The notes beneath the pieces were generated by a model. The model was not told the origin of the DNA, searched no databases, and saw nothing but the letters and a program-made list of their open reading frames with translations. Source: Phoronis australis (taxonomy: Eukaryota; Animalia; Phoronida). Taken from it: DNA of 64,000 nt. Positions within the stretch are counted from its first letter, which is position 1; the number at the start of each line of letters is the position of its first letter. A program made the position numbers and the translations under genes. Location of the stretch: assembly GCA_002633005.1 (NCBI GenBank), contig NMRA01000040.1, forward strand, positions 1,113,805-1,177,804. Direction: 5' to 3'. Positions 34,927 to 48,800 of the stretch are shown piece by piece.

Positions 34927-37900
34927 CAATAATATCCGACAGTCTTGAAAAATCATTGTGCGCCAAATTTCTAGACAACGAGCCTCGCTGCTATGTCGTT
35001 ATTTAGCTGTGAACATACACTTCAAACTTCCGCAGTGCTTCAAAAAGAACTCAAAAGTTTTGCAGATCTCGCGAGGCATGTGTCCCACTATGGTCTGGCC
35101 TTTCAGAACAGGCACAGTGTACTTGTCAACTGGAGTGAACCTCGCTCACTCGGCACACACACGCAGGCGAACTTCAAAACAAACCTCACGTGACAACAAC
35201 ATGGGTGTTCGCTATATTTTTCTCATGTTGCGGGGTGCGATCTAGCATAGATTTGGACTCAATCCCGACTCTACAGGAACTTAAAAATCTTAGGGATGCT
35301 CTTTCAAGAATTCAAGTTGCCCTATCGACGATCATGAGGCAACAATGCATCAGTCAGTGAGTTTTCGCCCCGGGATTTCCCCACAGTATTCTGAAAAAGG
35401 ATCGTAATTTAACAACGAAGTTCGATAGCACTGCAGCACAATTTTGCGGAAAGTCTGTCATAGGCTACAGATCTACGTTGCAGAGCATAAATTTGATGAA
35501 TCCTAGCTTCTGATTTCACCTGTTTCAGAGACTGGGTTTCAACCGCCTTAGGCTACAATAAGCGCCCCCCTTCTCGAAATGAACTGTTGTAAGTGCCCTG
35601 GACGCTTATTAGGGCGAATATGGTATAGCAAATTAAGAATTATGTAACAAGGCATAATGTTCACATCCTTTCTGTTAACAAACTAAAAGCCTTTTGAGCA
35701 CAGTTTTGTACCTCAGACCAGATAGAAAATCATCTACTATTCACTTCTATTTCTGTGACCCGAGTTCCTGTGCATCAGTTCAGGAATGATTCCTGAATGA
35801 GGATCATGTTGTCCTTGAAAATGTATTGACATCACCGTAAGCGTAAATGCGTTGTTACTTTGTTTGGTTGTTTTTGATTTTCATTTTGATGTTTTTCTAC
35901 AAACTCGATTATTTATGGTCCAAATTTTACCTGTTCTTTGCATATGACGAATGGTATTTAATAAGTTAGTGAAGTACGTCGCATCTCCCCTGCGCAACCA
36001 ACGTTCGGCTACTGAGGTCAGCCCTGACTCATGGCGAGGGACCCTTTAAGGTAATAAATTAGAGGAAAAAAATTTAGTGGTCAGCTATTGTCTTATCTTT
36101 ATCACCATATCGTGAAACTGATGCAAAGTACCAGCCTGAATTGATCAATTGCCATGTGGCTACACAGACTGTGAGCATGGTGTGTAGGAAAAAAAACATC
36201 CACACACTGTGATGTTTCTACAAACAAAAACGAATTTTATCTCCAAACAGTGAGCTCCACACCTCAATTGCAATAGCACACACCTGTTCTTGTTATTGCT
36301 GCCCTGCAGTTGCCATTGACTCTTTGCCGAGGAAATAATTGCATGCTAAATTTGCTTTGATTTTCAATTAATAGGGCAAATATATTTTAAAAGGTGACAA
36401 AAACTTAAAATACGTATACCTCTGTTGTCTAAATATAAAAATTCCGCACCGCAAACCAAGGAGTGTAGTGAGTTTTAGTCAATGAGCTGAATGTCAGCGA
36501 TGGGAAATATTTGCTGTGTTCGGAGAATGACACAGTATTTTTTAATCTCTTTGTCACAGGAATTTCACTCATTCAAGGCCTGGGTAGCTAACTAATGTGT
36601 TCATCTTGCCCCGTGGAGCACAGATGTCTGTGAAGGGCAAGCCAGGCGGTTCGGCTCCACCGAGTAGCAGCTTATACAAATGTTTCTGGCCTCTAAGTGG
36701 GAATTATCCTTTTACCTTAAGCTCATTAATACTTGTATTATACCATTTAACCCTGTGAAGTTACTGAAGTTACGTCTCCACCAAATGGTTATTTGTTGCC
36801 AGTCAGTCGCCCAGCCATAACGGAAGTCGCCGGAGACCACTGCCTGTATCTTAGTTTCCGTCTAAATTTATTTTTGTTATTTTCGCAAGTTTAATGGTCA
36901 GGATTTTCTTGCTGTATAGCAATTTTATTCAATTATTTTGATATTGCATATTCGTTGTTTTGTTCATACTGTTTGTTTACCAGAGTTAATTACACCCAGT
37001 AAAACGTGATTAACTTAGCCCGCCATAGACGATTGTTATTCAATCGTTGACTCAGGACTACGACTGATCCGTACTTTTATGCAAGTGTCTGAAACTATCT
37101 TTGTATGTTTACCGCATTTATGATTTGAACCATTTATTCCTATAAAACAGCCGGAGACGGCATGCCTTCGTCTTTCGCTAGTGCAGTGGTCTCAATCAGT
37201 CCGCAATGGGTCATCAGCTGCAGTTCTGAGTTCGGCAAATTATTTAGCCACATTTTGTCAACAATTTCAGTTCAAATTGTCTCTACTTGGGTTTTATTAA
37301 AGTTAAGGTCTGTTGTCGATTATTTTATCCCTGTTTGCTGGCTGGTAACAGACATTGCTCCAATCGTCCAGTCGAGGTTATTAAGCCTGGGTTCCTGAAT
37401 GAATTGTATTTCTGGTTTCGCGGTTAGTTCAAAATGGTGGTGTGTTCTTTGAGTTGGAATTGTGAGTGGCACATTTATTTAAACTTCTTACACTAGGGAT
37501 TCTGTATTGGTTATGAGATAAATACTGGTGGTTCCTTATAATGTCTTCTAACCATTTGATAAGAGTTAAAATGTGTGCTACTAGGACTTATAAGTTTCAG
37601 TCGTAGTCAGAAACCAATGGGTGTTTGTAAGTAGAGCATAAGCAACACAACTCGTTGTCCAATAAATTTGCCTTTTTGATAACAGTTTGTATCAACTCCT
37701 TTACAACTACATGCCAAGTTGAAAACTGAATAGCTTCTGTATTTGTCAGTGTTAAAATAATTCTGATAAAATCCTTGCGCCTCCACACTACCATTTCAGT
37801 TGAGAATAGGTGTATAATGTAATGTCATTTTGTTTCCTTTAAATCATAGAAGGATTGCATGCAATACAAAGGTGTTCTCATACAATTCTTGAATGAGTCA

Positions 37901-39941
37901 GCAAGGTTGTTATGAATGTATTCTTATAAGCAGTCAGTGAAAAGGTGTAAAAGGAAGGAAAATATTCGAAGAATTGCTTGGTGTAGGTGTGCCTCTTGTC
38001 TATAGTTGTATGAAAATGAGCACATACTAGATTTATTATGTAACATGAATTTATTTCGCTTCTTGGTTGGCTTTGATTTTTTCCTAAGTGCATCATTGTC
38101 CCATTAAAGTTTTTCAGAGCTTGATTTGTTAGCCTGCTGGTGGCCAATGCGACCTCCAATTTTATTTGCCTAGCTGGTAAAAATCACAAGTTAGCACAGT
38201 CACGGTTCATACATCTGAGAAATGCAAAAATTCGAGACAAACAGGAGTCTGAATTGTTTGGCAAACACCAAAAGGGCCCACTCCTTACTGGTGCACTTGC
38301 TTTTTTCATAGGTTGGAGGTGGACTTGCGGGGGGGATATGGGGCTCGATGCACTCCCAAATTTCCTTTGCAGTAGAGAAGGTCGATCGGCTCTCAACTGT
38401 GCATCGCCTGTGGGGGCCATACACTTGTACAAGATTTCCTTGTTTTGACTACCTCATTTTCTGTTTGAAAACCTGGAAACTTTGTCTGGTTGTATTTTAT
38501 GAGTTGACGTTATGGTAAGCGTAGAGCCCTTTTGCCAGTTGCTATTTTCATACTAGGGAACATATTAGTTTTGGTGGTCCAGGTGTGGTGTTTTCATGAG
38601 TTTATAATACTAGCTCGACTATAGGTTTATAGTTGTCCCTCTTGAAGGTTACTTTTGGCAGTTCATTCATTACATTCACGAATTCGCCATTATGCTTGAA
38701 AATGAGGTGTTGTGTCCAAACTACAATGGTTCTGCATGTTTGGAACATACACACTTTCACATATGTGTTGTTAAAATCAATGCTTTAACGAGGCATTGTG
38801 TTCTTAATTACAATGCAGAGCAATCATTTTTGCAGTGCCACCAAGGTGTGCAAGTAGTAAATGGGAAGCCATGTAACTAGAGGATTTTCTCCCTGGCTCT
38901 TTTTCTTGGAGTCAGGAGGTGAATGATTGCTTTCAGCCACTAATACCTTACCCAATCAGTGTTTGAAAATATTTGGTGACTGCTAAGAAAACAATGGTCA
39001 ATGGAATTTTAGATTTAATTTTTATTAACTAAGTGCTCCTTATGTACTAAGTAGGTCAACTCTGAATTGAGAAATATCTTTCAACCTGAGTTTCCATGGA
39101 TATTAATTTACAGTAATCTTACCAAATCCTTAAATTGCTGATTATTTTGCATTTATGGCAGTAGTCAATTAACTATGGTGATATTATCCCCTTGATAAAG
39201 TTGATCTGCTCTGAGGTATAACATTACCTGTAGCCTGGTCAGATAAGTTTCTGTCTCCTTTATTCAAACTGCTTTGCTATTCTTTATTGATCAGAACTTA
39301 ACCAGGAGCTAGCTTTACCATGAGCTTAGGGCCATTGGCTCTATGGTATTAGAAGACTTTTCAATGACTCTCTCTTGCTTTTCATTTTCTGAATGGTTTG
39401 TACACACAGGGCATAAGACATGTTCATGCTAAGGATATTAGGCACATTGGTATTCTAACTCAATGCATTGGCCCATTGAAGTAAATTCTTTGCAAATACT
39501 CCAGAGCAGAGAATGGTTGGTTGACCCTTTTCCTACATCCTAACTGAAAGTCTGAATCACTCTACCATTACCTGCTTATGCTCATTGTGTTTCTTGTATG
39601 AGGCTAGTGAATTGCTACAGAAGCTTAGGTGCTGGCCTATTAACTTCTGTGAAAAGGAAGCCGTTAGCCCTTATAATTTACATTCAGGCTGTTGAGATGA
39701 TTGAAAAATGGTTGGTTATTCCATGTATTCTGTACCACCTTTTTGTTAGCTGTTACTGTTTTAATTGTTAAGGTTGAGAAGTTGTATTGTAGGCTTGTTG
39801 TAGGATCTTTTGTTGCCCTTCACCAACTGAGTGATGGAGTTGTGCCATGGGATTTCCTTTTCACTTTTACATGTTACTTTTTCCTGATGTCTGTTTGAAA
39901 ACACCTGTCATTCTTGTGAGAACTATTTAATGAAGTGTTAA

Positions 39942-40330
39942 AGGAGAATGTCCCGCGATTTAATTAGTCTTTTTTACCGTCTTAATCGGTCTATATCCAC
40001 ATTGCCTCTTATACGGTCGACCTCACCTTGGGAGGTGAGAAACGACGCAGCGACGTCAGTGGTTCATCTGCAGAGTGAATGCCGCTATATTGCGGTGCAT
40101 CGTTCCCGTTTGTCCGAGCTATGAAGCTGCAAAGAAAGCGGGTATATCGTTTTTTTGACTTCCTCGAGAGCCTGAAATGCTTAGGAAGTGGCTCGCGGTA
40201 GTGAAGAATGAAAAGTACGCTGTTGATAGCAAGCATGAGGCCGTGAAGCTTCTCCGTGTCTGTGGCAGGCATTTCGTCGACAGTGATTTTTCTGACGAAT
40301 TCCGGCTTACCAAAGAACTATCCATACGTT
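39942..40330 (+). mobile_element. Kolobok-like 5' fragment with THAP-domain pseudogene
   Basis: TTAA|AGGAGAATG terminus; 40096-40275 reads CIVPVC...ISFF*LPREPEMLRKWLAVV...RVCGRHF with one stop at 40156; other end not found. Confidence 0.65.
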
Positions 40331-41202
40331 TCGTTGCCTATGCACGTTCACAGCGCCTCTCTAGTATTTTTTTGATTAGTGTATTCCGGTTCGAACTGAT
40401 AGCCTGTGAAACCTAACGATCCGACCCGTGATTCGTCGGATGAGCTCTCGGCTAAGTTGGGATTGTCGCCGGGCGAGTTGCCATGTAGACGTTTATTATT
40501 CTGTGTTCTGTTACAAAATGAATTATTGTCACCCTAACCAATGCTTATATCAAACTGAAACAGTCTTTCTCATTAGATACAATTTGTAATGCCTTTGGAG
40601 TATTCGTGAGGGCAAATGTTTTGAGAAGCCAACAATGAAAAAACCACTGCGTTACCGGCTTTAGATGCAATAAAGGTATATTAGTGCATGCTAATTCAGT
40701 GTTTGCTGACAGAAAGCTGTTGTGAAACAATAACTCGATTTTATATGCTGTGGTCACATGTTAGGGGAATCTTTATTTAGATATACAAATACATTATTCA
40801 AATCGTTACTGTACAACCTTTGTCCTGATGGTTCTGTGGAAGGGGAACCCGTCTTCGCGGCCCCCCGACAAGTAAGTAGATTTTCAGTTTCGTGGCTAAT
40901 TCACCTAAATAAGTACATGCACATTATTTTTTTAGCTCACTATTATAGTCTTTTCGTGACTGGAGGTTTTAGTTTCCAACTTAAGCTGGTTTATGTTGTC
41001 CAGTCCTGGTGGCCGCGACGGGCCTGATCGGGTTCCGAGCCACTGGCTGGAAGTAACAAGCGTTTTGTGTGTTTAGAACTGAAAAAAATGCAAGTCTATA
41101 AGTACAACACACAGCAATATTCCCCCGTGTGTATTTCACGGAAGAATGATTCGAATTTATCACCAAACATACCTAAACTACCACAATCGACCATGGTAAA
41201 TT

Positions 41203-41419
41203 CATAGGCGGATTTAGGAGGGAGGCCCCCTTTGCTGCCGCAAGCAAAGTAAAACAGCAACAGCGCAAAGCCTGAGGAAGTATAACTAGAACCCGTAGTG
41301 GAGAAGGGGGGTTCATACTTCCGGCCCCGCGACTTTCGGGACACATTACAACTGCACTTTGCCCAATTTCGCGAGGCAACATGTTGGCCCACCCTTATGG
41401 TAACCTAGATCCGCCACTG
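41203..41419 (+). mobile_element. Short hAT-like MITE with 5-bp TSD (same family as 4939-5918)
   Basis: AAATT|CATAGGCGGATTTAGG ... CCTAGATCCGCCACTG|AAATT. Confidence 0.82.
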
Positions 41420-43454
41420 AAATTGGCCTACAGGCAAACTCTGTAGGCTATGGTATGCTCAAATACCTATAAATCCGTAACAGTGATATAAAACAACACG
41501 TTTGTTCAAGAACTCAATGTATTTGTAAGGGGTCCAGGACGGAAGTTAACCGTTCATACTAGCCACAACTCCCTGAAACATCTACGCGTCGATGTAGTAT
41601 GAAAGGGCCTTAAAAATTTAAGCATTGTGTTAATGAATGAGGTAACGTTATATAATTGAAAGTTTGACTTGCATATGAGTAATTAGGCTTAGAAGTGAGC
41701 TGGTGGTGGACCATTTCATGTCGATTTGAAGTCTTGCTTTAAGGCATTTTCATACCCACTTCACTGCAATTTCAGGGAGCGACGATATAAACTGCGAAGT
41801 TTGTTGAACCTTTTAGATCAGCTTCAGTAGTTAACAGACACCTAAGTTACCAAAGTTAAAAAGTGTAGATCATCGAAGTTATTACAAGTGCTCTGAAAAC
41901 ATGCAGATGTATATGATCAGATAATATAGGAAATTAAGTGCTTACAGTTGAAGAATGGTGAATATTTTTGAAAAAATTAAATAATATTGCTGTGTGTGCT
42001 GTCATTCAGAGCAAACCTACTGATAACTTCAATGACAGTGAAGTTAACCATTCATATCTCATTAAATTGTAGACACTCTGCTGTTAAATCCATATGTTCA
42101 CTTTGATTATTACTTGAACTGTAATCTTTGATTCAGGACTGAAGGTAACCATTCATACCTACCGACACTCCCCAAAACTTTGACCTGTTTACGTAGTTAT
42201 GGATGGTCCTTTAAAATAATAGTGGTTATTGATCCATAAAGCAGGATTTGGTAAGTCTCACTGTAAACATTATACCAACTCATCGGAATGTGAGAGCTCA
42301 CCATCACTGCATTTTCTGAATAGACAACCTAGTTAAGATTCTCACCACTGGACATCATGGATGGAGAACAATTGTTTCGATTAGTTGATGTGTTTATCAC
42401 AGCTGCAGCAATAGTTGCTGCAGTAGCATATTGAGGTGACGATAAATGTGAGGAGTTGGCAGGATGCTCTTTTGATACCAGTACAAGTTTTATATGCCTA
42501 AAAAGCACAGAATAGTTGAAAAGTCAGTTTATGCCTTGAATGTTTTAACACAAATCTGTACCACCTACAGCCTAACATTTTCCACCAGTCCAAATAACCA
42601 TTATGGTCAGTATGATATATCAGCTGTTGGTCACTTGTTGAATAAGTGGAAACAGGTTTTTATTATTTGCTGCTAATCATGGGGCATTCTCAGCATGCTT
42701 TGAATTACATCATTAAATTGGTGGTATTTATGTTGCTATAGATACATGAAATACCTATTATGACATTTGAATCCTGAAGATTAAAAGTAATTTTCAAAAC
42801 ATTTTTAAAAAGACATGTAGCATTTACACCTCACACTATCGGGACGGGGGGGGGGTTCTTTTACAGTACCGGTGGCTCACAGCTTTTCATGTACTGCTGA
42901 AATGGGTGTAAGTTGGTGCCAAATGTTGGTTTCGAAACTAGTATGGTGTTCACTGATTTTGGTATTTTTCGCCAATTCATTTTAACAGCGGCAATTTGAA
43001 TGAGTGTTGCCAGTTTTGCATTAAAATAGGTATCTTGCGTGCTTGTTTTTTTTTTCAGTGAGGGATTCTTTAGGGGTATTTTTTTTCTGTATGGTAATGA
43101 AGTGGGTCACTTTTTGTGTCAATAATTTGAATGAGTCACTTTTTGAGCTGAGTGAAGTGTGAAGCAATAGTGAAATGTTAGCTGTTTGCGAGCCAAAATG
43201 ACTTCTCATATGAGTAAGGAACTAATTAAAACTAATTTTATTGTGGCAACTAAGTGTCCCAAATAACAAATGAGTTTCTTTGAGGGAATACGAGTTTATT
43301 GCTGCATTTACTGGTCATTTTAACTGAAGTTATATTAGCCTTTCTCACTGACCAACACCAAAAACATTTCGGATTTTGGTGTGAAAGGCCTAAAGTGAAC
43401 AGAGGTTTTATTTCTTAATTAACCTCTAGTAACCAATGTTGTTTTACTTTTCAG

Positions 43455-43514
43455 TGTTTGAAACCATGTGGTGAAAGATTCACTGGAGCAGAGCAGTGCA
43501 AGTTGGGTTGTATG
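43455..43514 (+). CDS. ANOS1: Anosmin-1 exon 3 (CLKPCGERFTGAEQCKLGCM)
   Basis: ttttcag| acceptor, |gtatgt donor; 60 nt, phase 0-0; matches CLEPC...QCxxxC. Confidence 0.85.
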
Positions 43515-45810
43515 GTATGTAGGTACATCCTGCTGGTGTACGCTTAACTTTCATCTTCAGAATACAAAATTGCAGAACAGTAAATATTATTTCACAAAAT
43601 GTTTCAAGAAAAGTAAACAGGGTGAAAACTTAACTTCATTATTTGCAGTTGATATTATACAACTCTCATCAACAAACACACCCTGACTAGACTCGAGATG
43701 TTGACCCTAAAAATTAAACAGTTGTTGCCCCTTTTCCCAGGTTACACATTCATTGATTTTGACCAAATAAATTTAGGTAGAGATTCCTGCCTATCCCCGA
43801 TTTCCCGGGTTATGGCGGGGATACATCGGCCTCGGGGGTATTTTGATGAGCAAGACATTTAGATCCAAAAAACATTAACATAACTTGTGGCTTGCAAATT
43901 AAAATTAAATCGTGCAGGGTAGTGAATATAAGATTCATTAAGTAACTAGTTGACATTTGCTTTACCTTGCCTTCTCCCCCCCCTCCCCTACACAGTTGAA
44001 CATTTCGTTACGCTTACAGAATAATTTGAGGGGGAGTGATGGACATGAAATGGAACATTTGCTTGCCATTTTAGGAGTCGAAGTAAGAATGTTCGTTTGT
44101 GGCGTGACTTGATTCGAGCTGACTGTGAGTTGACACGCGAGTAGATTTCTCGAAATTAATTTTTGTTGTCAAGCTACAAAAGCATTCGCAAAGTTGAGGA
44201 ATGGACTTAGCTCTGCCATGGCCAGTGCCACTCAGAATTCGCCATTGGCAAGCAGGCGATCGGCTAGTGCGAGCCAAACCTGAAATTCAAAAATTTTAGT
44301 GAACTTTTGAATAGAAAATTGCCATTTTATCATTATTTTTGTCAGAATTTGACGAAACTTAATTGTGCTTTGTTTTATAGCTGTTTGACAATGTGTAGAA
44401 CAGACTTAGACTGGACTGCTTTTGAGCCATTGAAGCTGAACAGTGTGGTCATTATTTTAACACATTTAATTTCAAGAAGCGGACAATTTTTCAAGTTTCC
44501 TGTGTAGTTACTATGTGCAGAACCTACATTCATTAGGTTTACTGCAGTTTTAGGAACTGGTCTATTTGCTACCATTTACATTAGGCCTAAAATATTTATT
44601 CATTTGGTGGTGCGCTAGCAAAGGTTTGTGTGGGAAGCAGAATTCTTCAACTACAAATAAAATATTTGGGATTGGTACTAACATCCCCTGACTACCTTAT
44701 AATGCTTTTGATGTACATTCTCTTCCTTTTATGTGCTAATGGTTAAGGAAAGTACATTAGAAGGCCTTTACCACTGCCTCTAAAGCTTTGGTATTACCGA
44801 ATCTTCAGTCATTTGGAACTCTGAACTTCAATCTTTTTTCGAAGTTAACAATCCTAGTTAACTCCGAAGTTATGAGGGGGACTTAACTACGATGCCGTCG
44901 GAGTAATCGGCTGGCGTCACTGCGTTTGTCAACAGCGGGCAGTAACTGGTTAATATTTGTTAATAGTTTGTTCCAATATTTGTTATTTTGGCAGTATAAA
45001 CGTTCTGTTTCAATTTGTCTGTGTGCTTGTTGGATTCTTTCCTGAGAAAATCCTAAAAAATCCCTGAACGTTTGGTGAATGCTAAACAAGTTCCCGCCAA
45101 ACGTCATACCGCCTTTACACTGATCTGCTGCAAGCCACAAGACTCCGATTTTCTGTTAAATGTCGCCAGTCTTTATCTCAACCTGGCAGCCCTTGGTTGC
45201 CTTCTGAAGTTGAGGTCCTCGTGTCTGTGTGATGAGAGGGGGAGGTCCTTGCCATTTTTGATGGCATGGACAAAAACAGTAAGGCGTGGGGACATATACA
45301 GGCCCAATTAGATAAATTAGTTATATGTAGCTCATTGTACAGGCCAGGGTCATATTGGCGCTACCTTGTGATAACTTTGCTGAACTTTAACTCTGAAGTT
45401 GGTGTGGAACACTCATGCTCATCTTCCGGTAAACCACAGTTAACAAAACTCATTCTTTCAAATTAGCACTTTTGGTGCTGTGACCTAGGTTCCAGTCGGG
45501 CCTTGTATGCAAGTGATTATCAGAATTCATGATAGTATTCATGTATACCTGTTTATCCTTGACACACTCTTGTTTGAAAGGATTCTTGTAATCCTTGAGC
45601 AGTTAAATTACCTATTCACACTGACACACATTGCTGTCTTCGTATCATTTATTTTTGAATAGGAAACATTTGACATGTAACTCTCAAGTGTTGTGAGCTC
45701 ACAAAAGTGACCACTGTTTGACCCAATTTTAAATTCTGGTAGTCAAGAGGTGAAGAGTTAATGAAGATGAAATGCAATTTCTTTCATTTGCGGCCATTTA
45801 GCGTTGTGCT

Positions 45811-48800
45811 TTTTATGCGCCCACATATTTATATGTGGTCATATATTACCGTCATCTCTGGGTGTCCGGCATCCGCGGCTGTATCTCCTAAACCCTCATA
45901 GGATCTTGATCAGATTTGGTAGATGTGCTCTTAATTATGAAGCTGACTATGGATGACGACGAATTTGGGACCTCTCCAACTATCGCTGTGTTCCCTATTG
46001 GCAATTTTAGTTTTTTACGCTTACCTCTGTATCTTCCTCAATGGATTTTCATAACATTTGACAATTCGGCATCTATTGTTGAGATGATGCCATCCTCCTG
46101 TTTTTGGACGGATTCGAGGTACTGTACTGTGCGACATGTAGTGGTCATTTTTACTGTTTTCGCCCTTCTATCAACCAAACTGCTCTAGGGATGATTTTAA
46201 AAATTGGCTTATATGTTTTAACTGTGAAGAGGGCAGCTGACGATGATTTTCCGAAGATTTCGACTACTACGGCGCCTCCTAGTGGCAGTTTGCTTTTGTG
46301 CCTATGGTATCTCCTAAACACTCTACAGGATCTTTATTAAATTTTGGTGGTGTATTTATATGAAGTTAACAACAGATGATGACTTTCGTACGGATATGAC
46401 TACCGGTGTGCCCCCTAGTGGCAGTTCTAGTTTTTTACATTTACCTGATATCTTCAAAGGTCGCCGATGGATTTTCATAAGATGTTGCAGATAGGCATCT
46501 ATTAGTGAGTTGACGCTATCCTCTAGTTTTCCGTTTTATTCGTGGTATTTTGCGCCACCTAGTGACCATTTTTACTTTTTTCAAATCTTGTTGTTTGGCG
46601 TCTGCTCCTCTGTCAACCAAACCACCCTAAGAATGGTTATGGAAATTACCATGTATGTTCTTTAAGTCTTGGTCTTACACGTTGTTAACCCTTGTTACAT
46701 GGTTAGAGGATGTTACAAGGATCCAAGAAGTACCTGCCCCATAACTAATACACAATCCGTAATCGAACAAAGCTTACATAAATGCGCCACTCACGATTTG
46801 CACACAAAGAACACACTGCCATTTTGAACTTAACGCGAACCCGGAAGTACAATTCATTCAAGAACCCAGGCTAAGAAAACGCCGTCAATGCGACTGGAGC
46901 ATTGCCTGTTACCAGCCTGCAAATGGGCATAAAATAATCGACAGCGCGCCTTAATTTTAATAAAATCAAAATATGGGCAATTTTATCGAATTTGCTAAAG
47001 AAATGTGGCAAATAAATTTTCACAAATTATTTTGCCGGACTCGGGACCGCAGTCTATCAGACCAGGTGCGGATCAAGACAATGGCGAACGATAAAGGTAT
47101 GCGGTTGCAAGCTGTTTTTCCGAAGTAAAAGGTTCAAATCATAAATGCCTTATATATACAAAGGTACTTTGAGACACTTGCATAAAATTACGGGCTGGTT
47201 AGTCCTGTGTTACATTGCCGCGGCAGCCTTTAGCTAGCCTCAGTGCCAGCTACCAGTGTGAAGACTATCGTCAAACTTGTTAGTAGGCCTATACAGCTTT
47301 GTGCCAAGGCTACCCTTAGGCCTACCTGGTCCCTGGCCACAGCGCTCGCTCAAACGAGGTTTATTTAAAACTTGGGGTCTTCTCGCGAACTGTGCAAAGT
47401 TGTTGGCTTTCAACAGATTTGCCCAGACTGCATGAGTGCACCAAGCCTAAAAAATGGGGGGGTTGGAATTTTTGGGAATGTCTACCCTTTACTATCAGAT
47501 TCACTGGGTGTGTTCAGAGCTATGAATTGCAGACGCTAAATTTTGGTACTTCCTGTCTTCTACTGGACTTTTTTCTCGTTTTCTACTTTTTTCGGAGTTC
47601 GAGCTTCTCTGACTGAGGCACAGCCTTTTCCATTTCTCTAAATAGGGGGCTTGTTCGAGCACATAAGTATGACAAGTCCAATACAAAATGATATCATTTT
47701 TATTCATTCAAAATGATTCAACCTTTTATCATAATAAGTAACTTAGAATGCACAGTACAGCATTTAAGCATTACAAACACTATCCCACAGCACAAGTTTC
47801 CATGATATGAAAGTGGACACACATGTAACTATTACCATGGTGACTGAATAGTGTTTCCTTACACCAGAATTTGACAAGCATGATTAAAAAAAATATGGAG
47901 TTGCAAGGAACAAGAATTGAAGGCTTGAAGCTTCACAATACAACATAGCTTATTTCTCAAATTAAGATTCTTCATATTGTTAACTTGATAACCTGAATTA
48001 AGAAAGCAACAAGTTACAAAACATGACATGAAAGCAATTTAGACTTAAAATTTAGAAAAACATGAATCATTTTGTGATACCTTATCAAGCCTTGAACAGC
48101 AGTTGACAGGCAAACAAAAAAGCATTTCAAAATTATTTCAACTATTTTTTAGCTTATTGTAAGATTACCTGAATGGGAAATTCACATATTCAAATATATC
48201 TTATATTTTTCCAAAAAACACGAAAATTGAACAAACTTCCATTTTTTGTAGCAACGTTTGTCAAAATGTAGCAACATTAAATCTTCACAAATTACAAAGT
48301 AACAGGTTGAACATGCCTTCCAGTTCAGAAAAAGTCGCCATGTTGTTGGTGCTGCCAGAAATGAGACGAGGTCCAATGGGAATTGTGAGCACATTTATCA
48401 CTTAATAAATAACAACTGCTAGGCTGAAATTTGGCAAAAACTGTTGAATCGTGCAGAATAGTAAGTGAAGATATAACTCACTAAATTTCACCGTAAATTG
48501 TTGGCGAAAACAATTTACACAAAGTTTTACACTCGTAACTTATACCGCTGTCCTCCAATATGGCCGACGCGATCCAAACAAAGTGACCCAAATTTCGGCA
48601 CAAAAATTGCAATAACTTTACACTGCTTGCCCTGATTTTGATACTTTTTCAATTTTTACTGAGTAGAATGCACTACCTTTCCGATGATAGCAAAGTGCTT
48701 TTTCAAAACGAAAAAAAATCAAAGCGAAAGAAATTTGGTTCGACTCAAATTGTTTCCTAGGTTCGATTGCCCAACATAACAGGAACTAAACACCAATGCT

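Larger units (their letters stand above)
31731..35623 (-). mobile_element. Second, inverted copy of the HIRAN-carrying TIR element, split by two Helentron insertions
   Basis: 31731-31820, 33597-33638 and 34927-35623 join into the reverse complement of 2148-3259; TA at both ends; HIRAN block at ~35000-35130. Confidence 0.8.

Noticed and set aside
35760-35838. Possible extra ANOS1 exon ending in gtaagc
   Set aside because: No anosmin-like translation; exons 2 and 3 already join in phase with the expected Cys spacing
36780-39900. Decayed LINE on + strand
   Set aside because: Only vague endonuclease-like words; cannot define boundaries or family
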